A stretch of DNA of 62,904 nt, the filler included, from Dirinaria sp. TL-2023a (lineage: Eukaryota): the NCBI GenBank assembly GCA_051941275.1. It is 9 parts of 9 records of this genome, joined end to end, with 100 filler letters (N's around TTAATTAATTAA, not from the genome) between each part and the next. Parts side by side here need not be neighbours in the genome. Positions count along the whole stretch, not along the records: positions 7,033 to 13,961 come from JAVEBF010001389.1; positions 14,062 to 20,977 come from JAVEBF010001391.1; positions 21,078 to 27,991 come from JAVEBF010001392.1; 6 more parts are not named here. One strand, 5' to 3'. The notes under the pieces were generated by a model, which searched no databases, was not told where the DNA came from, and saw nothing but the letters and a program-made list of their open reading frames with translations. Positions 11,467 to 24,917 of the stretch are shown here, one piece after another. How positions within the stretch are numbered: the first letter of the stretch is position 1; each line of letters starts with the position of its first letter. A program made the translations under genes and the position numbers.

Positions 11467-11916
11467 TCAGGATTTCGAAGGAAGTTAGGGTCTGGTGTTA
11501 TATATGTAGTGCTTTCTCATATGATAATCCTAGGCATTGCAGGAAGGAGGTGTTCCGACAGAACGCCCCGCCTACGGTTTCTTCATCGCATGAAACGGCT
11601 TGGACACACGTCCCCCGATTGCATTGACTACAATGGCCGAGAGCGATCGGACCGGTGCGAACTAGCCGTCGACGGCAAAGAAAACCGGGTCAGGGAATGT
11701 ACAAATGCAACAACAACCCGGGGAGCAGCTACGTGCGTTCCCTGGCGTGCGGCTAGACTTCATCGGCTATGATATGCATTTACGAACGATATCCTTCGTC
11801 CAATACACCGCCAAACGCCTTCTCCCACCGCGCTTACATGCAGATATAAGATACATATTTTGTCGCTATCATTCCCCTTGTCGACGGCTGACCCAACTCC
11901 CACATTCCGCCGTCAT

Positions 11917-12732
11917 TCATTTGAAGTCATGCGCATTGCCCGATATTAGAAGACCAATGATGAGTCCAAAGAGGCCCAAAACCGAGCTGAAGATCTCAAT
12001 GACGAGGATCTTGACAAACCTAGAGGGGAGTTCTTTGGTCAGAAAGCCGGGCTTGTTGGGGGTTTGGCACACGGCTTACAGCGACGAATCTGCAGCGTCC
12101 GCCAGAGCAGCACTGCTTCCGTTGATCCCTACAGAAACGCCACAGATGAGGTTGCACATGCCAACCAGCAAGCCTCCCCAAAACAATGCGTAGCCAGTGA
12201 AGTAACTGTCCCTAGAGTACAATGCATCACCCTGCACGGAGTTCAAATGTGCGGAGAAGACGATCGACATGATGACGCCGTAGATGGCCACGACTTCGCA
12301 AAAGATGATTGAAATGAGGTTCTTCGTTCGGATTCGAGGTGCTTTGACGCCTCCACCTATGATGGAAGAGCCCGTTATGAAGATACCCCTGTAGCATCGC
12401 CGTAAGTTTTGGTCCACAGCTTTTCGGCCCTTTTTTTGAACGTACCATGCCGCCCCTACGACAGACAGTCCAATGCAGAGACCTATTCCAAGACTTGACC
12501 ACGCATAAGGTGATATGGTTTCGAGAAATTGGCCGACCTACGCATGTTTGTTAGATGAGACATGTGAGGCGTTTTGCTTGAAATCGGCTAACATTAAAGA
12601 CTTCACCCTCCTCATTGAATAGTAAGTCTGGTGTATGTTAGCTAAGAATCTTGATTTTGGTGGCCATTTCGTACATAGTCCGACAACACCTAAGCCGACG
12701 GCGGCCCCGCCTGTCCCATAAACAAGACTCAT
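11917..12732 (-). CDS. VMA16: V-ATPase proteolipid subunit c''
   Basis: [37 protein letters not shown] and [23 protein letters not shown]; several short introns. Confidence 0.93.
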
Positions 12733-12972
12733 AATTGAGGGCGGACGGCAGCTAGTCCGCAGACCTAGAAGGAGATGTGAGGAGCGGGTAAGGGTTGAAG
12801 TAGTGTAGAATTGTGGTGAATGTGGTGTTGAAGGTCTGCCCCGGTTGACCAAAAGCAAAGTCGCCGCAATCCAGTCCGATGAGTCAGCACCGCGCTAGCA
12901 GCTGGATGTTCTTCCTTATTACTCCGCTTTCAACAATGATCCCTTGTCATCACCATCACCCAAATAGCAAAG

Positions 12973-13446
12973 ATGAGCAACCGAGATTACTACGAGCTCT
13001 ATCGCCGTAGCAGGTACTGTTCTTCATGGCCGGTGCTTGCTTGTTCAAGAAGCAGCCTCACTGACATCTGTGCAACCAACAGCATCGGGATCGCACTCAT
13101 CGACACCCTCGATGAGCTCGTCAACCAAAGCAGCATCGAGCCTCAGCTCGCCATGAAGGTCCTCGCTACCTTTGACAAAGCGGCCTCCGAGGTCCTGCAA
13201 GAAAAAGTCAAAGCGCGCATGCACTTCAAGGTGGCTTCGCTGCGGTCTCCATAAACTTTTAACCATCTGGCTAATTCAGATTGTGCTTTGAAGGGCCACC
13301 TGGACACCTACCGCTTCTGCGACGAGGTCTGGACATTTCTGATCAAGGATGTCAATTTCAGATTGGACAATCAGAGCAACATCTCGGCCGAGAAGGTGAA
13401 GATTGTCAGTTGCAACTCGAGGAGGCCGGGCGAACCCCAAGCTTGA
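12973..13446 (+). CDS. TOA2: Transcription initiation factor IIA gamma subunit
   Basis: YYELYRRS | [23 protein letters not shown] | [25 protein letters not shown]; 2 introns. Confidence 0.95.
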
Positions 13447-13961
13447 TCGTATGGGGAGTCGGGACCGTCAAGCCTGCCAAAAGCTGCAATCATAAAATTC
13501 GCGTCACTGGAGCTCCAGCAAGCGACGATCGTCAAGCTGAAGCTCATTGAGTGGTTAATGGTAAAATGGCGTGGAGACAAGCAATGGTCAGCTCCCACAA
13601 GTGAGGAGTGTGGAGTTTTCAAGGATAGATAGATACCAAAATGCGGAATTCAGATGACGAGCTGCCGAATGTCGAGAAAATCCTGAAAATCTATCAATTT
13701 CGATACAAGATGCTGTATCTATAGACCGCTTGTATTTTCATGTACGTAGATCTGTGCCGCAGCGGTTCTCGACTTCCCAATCTTGCACCCAAACCCCAAC
13801 GAGCCAACACAGACTCCAACCTCCGAACCACCATGCCCATCTAACCCATCCCGAAAAACAATTATTCTCCCAAAAATCTCCAAACTCTTTCGAACGAAAG
13901 ACTCATCTCCTCACATCTCGGGCCGTACCCTCCGCCCAGACACAGCCGCGATATCCCATCC

Positions 13962-14061
13962 NNNNNNNNNNNNNNNNNNNNNNNNNNNNNNNNNNNNNNN
14001 NNNNNTTAATTAATTAANNNNNNNNNNNNNNNNNNNNNNNNNNNNNNNNNNNNNNNNNNNN
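13962..14061. other. Artificial contig spacer
   Basis: N44-TTAATTAATTAA-N44. Confidence 0.97.
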
Positions 14062-14063
14062 TT

Positions 14064-14064
<1 letters not shown>

Positions 14065-14102
<38 letters not shown>
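14065..14102. repeat. Poly(T) homopolymer at contig end
   Basis: About 38 consecutive T, followed shortly by a (TA)n run. Confidence 0.9.
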
Positions 14103-14424
14103 CAACTTTCTTCTCTCGTTTAGAATATATATATATATATAAATGTATATATGTACATGACTCAGGCTCAGGCAGGCATGGTTGTTTTTTTTTATTGAGC
14201 CGGTGTGCTTCGTCCCACCACTGCATAAGAAGAGAAATACCTTTGTCGTCGTGAAATTTTGACGGAGGGTTTTTATAGTCGGTTTTCGATCATGATCAAG
14301 GTTCTTTTCTTATAAGTGGGGTACGCAGTTTTCATATCTCAAGGCCCGCTGAAGAATGGCGGTAACGCACGCATCATTCATTTTACAAATATGGGCCAAA
14401 AAGAAAAAAAAATTTAATTACAGA

Positions 14425-15436
14425 TCAAAGCGTGGCTTTCTCAACCAGCTGCCACCTATCACCACCTTCCACTACAAGCCGGACCTTGCCTTCGCGTTCC
14501 AGTTTCTGTAAAATTTGGAGCACCCCTTTCGCGGCCGGCTCGTACAGGTTCTCGGGATAATCCTTGTAGACGACTTTCACGATCTCCATCGGGGTTCTTC
14601 CCTCTGTGCCCGCTTTCGCAAGCACTTCCAGCACTTCCTCTTCCCTCTGCTGCCGGTGCGCTATGTACTCTTTGATCTTCGCTCTCCCGTCCTCGATAAC
14701 GGCGCCATGGCCTGGGTAGGCTCTGCCGTCGAACTGCTGATACATGTGCTCCAGGCTCTGGAGGTACGTGGCCAGATCTTCGAAAACGGCCGTGCCGTGG
14801 CCGAGCACGTTGTCGCCTGTGAACATCGCGTTCTCCTCTTCTAGGATGAAGGTCATGTGATCGGTTGTGTGGCCGGGGCTGTGGAAGGCACGCAGTGTTG
14901 CGCCTTCACCGGTGAAGACTTGGCCGTTCACGATCTTTGTTTGTCCATCCGTAGGCTCGTTCTTGTGGATTGTCGCATTAGGGCAGATTTGGAGGAGATC
15001 TCGGACTCCGCCGACGTGGTCGGGATGCCAGTGTGTAATGAGTGCCTGCGAGATGGTCGTGGCTTCGGAATCGAGAACAGACGAAAGGAGGCTCGACCAA
15101 GAAGCTTTGCCTTCGCCGGTATCGATGAGAAGTCGCTGCCGTCCGGTGCCGATGAGGTAGGTATTTGTCCCTTGCGGATGTTGAGCTCATAGTTGGATGC
15201 ATGAGCGCTTAGAGTACCTTGTAAAGTGAACTGCGGTTTGATCCGTAAGTGTATTGCTGTTTGTCCGGCGATAAGAGCGATTACCGAACCTTGCTTGGGT
15301 TTCCTCCTAGGATTCGAATGACTAGCGGACTGAGTCGCTCGATCTCGTGTAGCTGTGGTAATTGAGTCGCCATCGATCTTTTGCTCGGTTTGGAAGGCTT
15401 CCAGATACTACGCAACTGGATTCGTAGATGATGCAT
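14425..15436 (-). CDS. Metallo-beta-lactamase-fold protein (LACTB2-like)
   Basis: RILGGNPSK|FTLQ|GTNTYLIG, LIDTGEG, THWHPDHVGG (HxHxDH), SPGHTTDH, FTGDNVLG and YPGHG. Conserved Met at 15373 with an upstream in-frame Met at 15436. Confidence 0.9.
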
Positions 15437-15590
15437 GAAGCACCGGAGGAACCGCAGCAGTCCAGTTTATCGATTAGATGAACCTCGGCACGAAAAGTCT
15501 TGGCGTACTCGTACCATGGGAGGCCCGTCGTTATTATTAAGCCAGCAGATTCCCTGTGTTCTCTCAACTTGTGTCTGGCGGAGGCAGAAG

Positions 15591-16508
15591 CTACCACTGA
15601 GCGTCTTCATTTATAGCTGCGACCGGAGCACCTGATTCTTCCCGAGCCTTCATGAAACTCGAGACTCTTGTGTCTTTGTCAGTATATCCTTGGGCTTTCT
15701 CCATCCGCGTCCGGACATTTTGAGTGCATTCAGAGTTAATACTTTCCACCTTTTTGATGTAAGAAATCTCTTGATCTCCAATCCGCGTAGCTTGACCGAT
15801 ACCGCCAAGACATGCCACGATTGCGACGAGCGAGAGAAAGCTCCCATTGGATAAGTAGACAGGTTGTTGCGGTTTCCTTTCCTTTCCCTCATTTTTTTGG
15901 TACCACCGTTCCCAATCTTCCCAGGTGGCGTTCCGAAAGGGCGATGAATCATTATCTGCGAAACCCGACCAGTGAACATCCGAGTCATAGCTCCAGTGAT
16001 CCCATCGAGCTCGACGTTCGGGCTGCCCATCCCAGCCTGCACCAGAGTTATCGTATGCTCTTCGTTTGTCAGGATGTGATAATATGTCATTAGCTGCCAC
16101 AACTAGTCGATAGCGTTCAACCATGATAGCATGCGCTAATGGTTCGCCATCAGGGTTAGAACGATTGTGAGGGTGTCGATCAGGGTGGTATATCTTGACT
16201 AGCTCGTAAAATCGTCGTTTGGAGTAGGGATCACTTCCTTTCTGTTGGAAGATTTGGTAAGGTGTAGGCAATCTGTTGCTGTCTGTTTTGGGCCATTGAA
16301 TGTCCTCGGCGAAGCATTGCTCATCTTTCACAGTAGCATAGGCGCGCGATGGTGCCGGATAGCGGGCTTTCGATGAGCATCTATCTCGGATGAACGAGGC
16401 TTCTGTATGATAGACGTTTGGTGAGGAGACTGAAGGGTGGGAGGGACAGAGAAGAATGTGACTTGTGCTGTAGCAACCCGAAAGGACTCCAGGCTTCCTG
16501 AGCAACAT
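15591..16508 (-). CDS. J-domain (DnaJ) protein, mitochondrial JID1-like
   Basis: PTPYQIF..KRRFYELVKIYHPD..ERYRLVVAANDILS..KRRAYD, NATWEDWERW, and a C-terminal hydrophobic segment. Confidence 0.85.
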   Translation of the reverse strand: MLLRKPGVLSGCYSTSHILLCPSHPSVSSPNVYHTEASFIRDRCSSKARYPAPSRAYATVKDEQCFAEDIQWPKTDSNRLPTPYQIFQQKGSDPYSKRRFYELVKIYHPDRHPHNRSNPDGEPLAHAIMVERYRLVVAANDILSHPDKRRAYDNSGAGWDGQPERRARWDHWSYDSDVHWSGFADNDSSPFRNATWEDWERWYQKNEGKERKPQQPVYLSNGSFLSLVAIVACLGGIGQATRIGDQEISYIKKVESINSECTQNVRTRMEKAQGYTDKDTRVSSFMKAREESGAPVAAINEDAQW

Positions 16509-17643
16509 CCCTTGGAGGTAGCATTAATACAAGCGTCTGCCCCAAATCGACGATATGTACACATAAGAATGATAGACCATTGGTAGAAGATGGTGCCTCC
16601 GCTACGATGACGTTAACAACAGGTGAGGGTTAAGGTAGGGTATTTAATAAGTTCGCGATCTCCAATCGATAAGATAAAGCTCTGTACAGCCTTGAACAGT
16701 CAGTCTTCTTCCAGTAAAGCGCGCCGTACTCCCTCATTGCCAGCCTGCTCAACTCTAGGTAAAGTAAGGTATATTAGAGGTTGGTACCTCATAATTCCTG
16801 GGTCACACGATCGAGCACTAATTTCCGAAGCTCTCCTAAATTTTTCAGGATCAAGGGTCATATGGCCGATCGAGAAATATACCTAGGCAGAGAAGCTGAT
16901 CGCTAAGGGATGCATCTCAGCCTATCGAAGCATCCGATTTGAGCAGGCGGAGAAGGAAGAAAAACATCAAAGAAGGAAGTAGAGGGCTGCCGCGTGTTCG
17001 AATGTCAGACAAGCTCCCACTGGTGCCGTTGCGTGGGCAAGTTAAGTCTATGCTCCGATTAACTTTCTTACTCTACTTGCATTTTCCTTGTCCGTTTAGA
17101 GGAAGTTCATAAAAGCGACTTCTGAATGTAAATTCTTAATCGTCAACAGAGACTGGTAATACTTCAACGTGCCCGAGTGTCGAATAATAATAAATCTCCA
17201 TTCATTGCTTCTGATCGGATTGAGCTTTCTTTCCTTTCCTGTTTCCTAGAATCTTACACGTTAGATAAAGGGAGGAGATGTAGCTGTTCCCATCTCGCAA
17301 ATACCTGGTTTATTTTTAATTAGAAAATGACGTTAGAGGAATATATACTCGTTTGATGGCGTCTTTTTTGAAATTGTCGAAATTAACTAAATAAGCGTTG
17401 AGGCCGGAAGTCTGGTAATATATATATATAATTACCTTTCCATACGGGTTACTGCATGTAAGTGTCGCGATTCCTCATGAATTTCTTATTCGAAAGTACT
17501 TCTTGAACAATGACCAGTCTCCAACGCTGGCGTGATCAGGCATTCCAGCAGTAGCTTCTTTTCAGCAATGGTAAAATTGTTGCAATTCCACTAATTGAAA
17601 GGACAGAGTATCAATTCGCTTCATTATCATCTTGGCCATACAT

Positions 17644-18508
17644 TTACTCCCCAAAGGTCTCACCGCTCATCAACATTCCATGCCGCGCACAAGCCGCAAA
17701 CCCTCCCAGCGTGAAATTCGTCATAAAGGACTCTAAATATGCAGCCAGCACCTGTCCTAGCGCTTTCGGGCCCTGGCCTACCTCTGTGATAGTAATTTCA
17801 GATTCAGGGATCTGGAGGTCGGTCGTTACCATCAGACCGATAGTCTTCGATAAAGAGCTACCTTCGGAGAATAAAAGATTGGCTAGAAGGCTCTTTCCTG
17901 TCACACCGTGGGCACTGAGGTTAGTGTGTGTGCTTTGAATTTTGGAGAGACCGGTGGTGGTTTGGAAGGCGAAATAGATGCTAGTCATGTAATTCTGCAG
18001 CGCTAGAGAGGGTGTTAGTGGCGCGGACTTTCTCATATTGAGCACAATTCTATCTTCGAGAAGTTCATGGTAAGGAAGGGGACGAGAGAACGGCCTCTCA
18101 GCTGGTCTGGAGGAGTCACTTACACCAAATGCTATATGCCCCGTATTGCATCTCTATAGAGGCCGACGCTAAGTTTTCTTTTTCCCGAGAGGGTTCTGGA
18201 CAGGTATTTGGGCCGACTTGTGCGCAGCCAATCTCTCCACCCTCGTCAGTTTCAGCCATGCCAGCTTCACGCATGAAACAGTTAGCCCAGAGCTCGTCCG
18301 CATGGCAGCTTCTAGTCGTGGCGTTCCATCGATTCATCCAATCTTCCATATAGAGCACATCCCAACATTTTGCTTGGAGGTTAGAATTGATATCTCGGCA
18401 TTCTTGTACAGATGCAGCACGTTGATGAAGAGAGCGCGATGGCACGACAAACGCCATAATGTTACTGATGAGCGATAGAGAATATAGCAGTGAAAGAAAG
18501 ACAAACAT
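17644..18508 (-). CDS. Cys-rich secreted protein of unknown function
   Basis: Signal-peptide-like MFVFLSLLYSLSLISNIMA; six Cys in exon 1 (CRD..CWDVL..WN..C..WANCFMR..C..C). A gtaagt..ctag intron (~18124-18003) joins in frame to ORF 17644-18045. Confidence 0.7.
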
Positions 18509-19378
18509 TATGAGTATCTTGCGCTCAGAAGGCTACTATGACAGAAGATAGTGGAATAATGTCAAACGCGAAACAACATCCAATTGCTTCACACTGAGAA
18601 GATCGTTCCGCTTACAGAGGGAGAATTCCAGGGTCATGTATAGCTTATATAGACCTACCGAGAACGATGAAGCTTCGAAACTGGACTCTGGGAGCCGCGT
18701 GGGACAGGAGGAGCAAACTCGGCAGACTGAGAATGCAGCAAGCCAAGTTCGAAACCGCCGGTTTGTTGGTTGTTCGCTTAATGAGCGAGCCTATTGATGC
18801 GGTCTAGCAATTTGTATGGCCGACTAAGCCTTCTACAGGCAGGCAGGAGAAAATACGCACTTATTGTGGCCATGCCGTCGCTTATCGCGAGCAGAAGAAC
18901 AAAGGATCGATACTTTTCGCTTTTACTAGCTATGATTCCGCGAAAAATATATCCGGCGGCAAGATATATTTCCTCAAGCGCTGAGCTAGTTTTCTGTCTA
19001 CTGTTCTCTGTTTGCTCGACATTCATATTATTGTGGTAAGCTCCTAAATCTTTGAAAAAGATTGTACGACTCGTACGCTTTGTTATTGAAGTCGCTTAAT
19101 TCTGAAGAGACGAGGTCGAAACTACGGATTTTTTGACGATCTAAGGGTCAAAGGGCAGCGGAAAGACATTTAGAAGCCGCCGAGCACATCGAGATCGACT
19201 GACCATCTTCTTGTGTCGCAGCGGAGCCCGTCCCAACGCGATCCAAGGCGCTTGCAGAGGAAAGCCTTTGATCAAAATTCGAAAACAGCATAGCGTAGTC
19301 ATCATTCACCGGAGTGTCGTTGCTCGACTCCTCCAACAACTCCATAAGCCCGAAAATATAGATACTCATCAGTACAGA

Positions 19379-20377
19379 ATGATTCGTCCCAGATTCGTCA
19401 CCATATCTACCTTGTTGGCCATGATGACGCTTGGGCAAAGCCAAATATATCGTTCATCACCCAAGTGGGATTATCGTAAGGTGGTGGCACTCGACGATTC
19501 GAACTGCAAACAGAACGCAATTAGTCTTGACGGTCAACCTACTGACCAAAAGGCGAGCCTGCAATATGCATTCGGCGACGCAAATATCATTGCCCACGCG
19601 GGTGTGCGGGCTGCCGCAAACCCCACCGAGCCCCCTTTCAATTATTTTTTCCACCCAAGCGACAATGAGACGGTGGTGCAAAGCCTCCAGATGGTGATTG
19701 ACTTAACGGAAAATGTCACGAGCTTTGGCGGGTCCCATCTCGTCATGAATTGTAACAATCTCCAATGGTGTACGCTACCTAATCAGTGGGGCTACACACA
19801 AGTCTGGTCGCCAACATTTAAATGGTGGGAGTGAGTCCATCCTGAGTCACTTCTTTCTTCTCTTTTCCTTTCTCCCTCCTCTAAGACAGGACGCGGAACC
19901 GTACGTCATGTCTACAGAGCGTCAGTTCGACTATTCTCAATAACATGTACTTGACATTTCAGCTTTTATATATACCTGGTACGATACTGACCTGGAGATC
20001 TCCTCAGAGTTACTATCTGCGATTACGCGCTGGAGACGCTGCAACGCAACCCTCCAGCCTGCACGGGAACCCCGGGTCTGCCAAGTCTCGGATGGGTAGG
20101 TCTGAAGTATTTACTCCAGATGTGGGATATCCGGGATCAGATTGGCGTGGTCGGGAACTATGCTTTTGGGCCCGCGGCCTGTCATGCGTTGGTCACGAAG
20201 GGCGACGATGATGACGCTTCGTGGAACGCGGAGAACTACGCCTACATGGCGAGCTGGGCGTACGATCTAGGATTAAACGGCGGTCCATGCCTTGAAAGAT
20301 GGGACCTCAACCCGTCGGTCCTATTACCGCCTTGGGCGACAAATGGTACCACCAATCGCCACGCTGGCTTCGATTAG
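19379..20377 (+). CDS. Secreted deuterolysin/M35-like metalloprotease homologue lacking HExxH
   Basis: Signal peptide MIRPRFVTISTLLAMMTLG; AFGDA..IA..G, PFNYFF, VTICD, SLGW.GLKYLLQ, NYAFG..C and NAENYAYMA; intron 19831-20007. Confidence 0.68.
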
Positions 20378-20977
20378 CCAATCTGCGCCTGGCATGGTGG
20401 TCCTAGCCCTATAGACTGCGCGATTGACGGCTTCAGCGGCTCAAAAGCACCTTCAAAAGTTCGGAGTGCAAAGATGAATGTCAAGTAGTGCCAGTATTTT
20501 CAGATTTCTCAAATGGCAAACTGCCCAGCATACGTTGAGTTTTGCATCCCTCATGTGGTGGCGCGGTAGAGATTGATTTTCGACCTGAAGCAATCATTCC
20601 GTGGGGCATATAGCTGGCTTCTGTGGACGCTTCGCACTTCCTCGAGTGAGCATCTCTTCTCATACTGTGACTAAGAGAAAGTTCAACGCAGGCGACATTC
20701 AAGCAATCGAAAGAATTTTCGGCTGAGCTTTTTCCGTATTCAATCTCGCTGTCTTATTACAAAACACCGTCTGCAAAGGACTATATTGCCAAAACCCGGC
20801 ATTCCGTGGCCGAAAAGAAACCAAAAAAAGCCTCGTCAGTGGGCAAAATTTCTCGAAACATGGACTGAGAGCGTTAAAGAGCAAAGGCCAGCATGAGTAA
20901 TGACCCTTCTTTTAAAAAAAAAAAACAAAAATAAAAAATAAAAAAATAGAAAAAGAGAGATAGAAAGAGAACAAACA

Positions 20978-21077
20978 NNNNNNNNNNNNNNNNNNNNNNN
21001 NNNNNNNNNNNNNNNNNNNNNTTAATTAATTAANNNNNNNNNNNNNNNNNNNNNNNNNNNNNNNNNNNNNNNNNNNN
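20978..21077. other. Artificial contig spacer
   Basis: N44-TTAATTAATTAA-N44. Confidence 0.97.
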
Positions 21078-22748
21078 AACTGTAGGTACTTTTTTTAAGT
21101 TGTAGGGGGGCCTGCTAGAGATTAAGGTAGGTACGGAGTACGAATAACGAGTATCATGCCTTTTCAACCAGGGCTGAGTCAAGGACGATAATAAGTAGTA
21201 AGTCGTAGGTCGGGGAGGCACACCGAACAAATCGATCAGAATAACTATAGTCTTGCAAGTAATAGGGGAAGACTGTACTCGTATGTTATCAATTTACCTT
21301 ACTATTGTACTTCCTACCTTACCTTTATTATTATTCCTTGGCCGGAATCTCACTCCGCACTGCACCGCCATCTCATCCTCGTTAATTACCCGTTCCTTTC
21401 GCAATTGCGATTACTGCCTTCTACAAAACTCATTGCAAAATTTTTCGCATATTTCGTCTCACACACACACCAGATTTCGTGCCTTTGCGCATGCCAGGGC
21501 AAATATCACTCAAATCTCCCACTGGCTTTGCCGCCAGATGCTGAGACTGCTGCCAATCGCAGCCACACCTTTACTGCCCGAGACCTCGCCTTTGTGCAAG
21601 CCTCAAACATCATCAATCCTCCAAAACGCCACACCCGGCCGGGTTTGCGCGAATGGCCGTACCGTTATGAGTGATGGTCGTTGCGATCGTGAAGGATGAC
21701 GGGAAGTCTAGGGGCACAGCGGGAGGATGACTGCTCATGAGAATGATGTGACCTCCCTGTTGACCGGCCTGTCCTTTGTGGAGTGATCAATGATGAATCG
21801 CCATCTCACCATCCTAAACCTACCTATTCGTGGCCGAAATGAGATCATCGGTTTTGCGACTAGATTAGTCTGTAGCTAGAGATTGTCTCCTTAACTAAAT
21901 AGCTGGGGCACAGCATGTTCTTCTACTTTGCTGAAAACTCCGCACACCCATCGTGCTTAGATAGATTCGTGATCATGTTCCAAGAAGTCAATCAGATGTT
22001 GGGCTCGGGATCGCTCGGTAAACACCAAGAGCACTGGGTTGGGTACCTTTTAAGGCGGAGGGATCTCCGCTCTCCAATTCACGAGTAGAAGTCTCGTTTT
22101 GCAAGAAGCCCGTCACACAATACTCTTGCCGCCGCACGATGCAGTGCAAAGGTGACAGTATTATTATGGGCCAAAGTAAGAATAACCTATTTTAGTATTT
22201 TGTGGCATTAGTAAGGATAGGATGCGTTCTTTGAGACCCGAGCCCGCGTCTAATTCAAAGGGCACGATGACCGCTTATATGAAGCGCAGCGGAGAGTCGA
22301 TGGAGTTGAGCCAGTGAGGTTGGCAAAGAAGTTATGTACTTTAGATGATTGATATACAATCCCGTACTGTTTTCCCATGCACTTCTGAAAACCTATGAGC
22401 CTAGATGTATGTACGCGGTCTCGGTGTCCATGTAAACGAAAGCTTGTGCATGTACTTTGGGGCTTAAAGCTGCCAATCGGGTGCCAGAAATCGATGATCC
22501 CAAAAGTGGTGGAAAAGCATGTTTTTTCCATTGTGCATCACCCACGGGAGATCAACTGGATCAGCTTCCTGACACGGAAGCGACAACAAGCGCGCGATCC
22601 AAGATTTTGTTCCTAAGGTACCACTACTGTACCCCATTTCTTCACTACCACGACGCAGTACCTGGACATCTTTCCTTTCTCTTTGCTTACCCCGCCATCG
22701 ATTCCGCTGCTCTCTACCAGCACAGATCGGCTCTGGCCAACTGCCAAC

Positions 22749-24236
<1,488 letters not shown>

Positions 24237-24917
24237 CATCCCCCATTATTAGATCGACTGAATCATCAGGCTTTGGAGTACGAGCAATGAATGGTCAGAC
24301 ACTCGCATAAGGGCTTGTTGGGTTACCAATGCCAATCCGAGAGACGAGACGACCTTTCTATGACAATGGTCTTTTGTCGCTGCTTTTCCTGCCAATATAT
24401 TTGTAACATGTTATTGAGAAAGCGGAAGTCTTCAACCACGCAACGCAGCAATCCTTCGCCTGTATTGGATCGAGTTGTCTCGTAAGCTGATGCATCTCTA
24501 ATTGACCAAAACATCACCGAGCGGAGTAGTCGCACAAATGCTACTGCACACATCTTTCGTCCATATATATCAACAGAGAATAGCCACAACTATTGAAGCC
24601 GCAATCAAGCCCTTCCCCTTGTCCCGAGCTTTAGGATAACTACCTTCAGTTACCTTACCTTAAGGCGAGGTATGTAAGGTAAAGAAGTATGTACCCGAGG
24701 TACCTATCTTACCTAAGGTAGGTAAGGGACCATCTCAGGGTTTGCGACTTTTTAGGGTTGCAACGGATTGGGCTTCGCCGCTAAAGTATCCTTTTTGACT
24801 CAGGTATCCAATACTTCTAAAGCTTTGAAGTACTTGCTTGTGTCCACCGAGGATCGCTCTGCTCTATGGTTGGATGCGCTTCACGTGTGCCATGGACCAA
24901 TCGCAAGGAACGCCATA

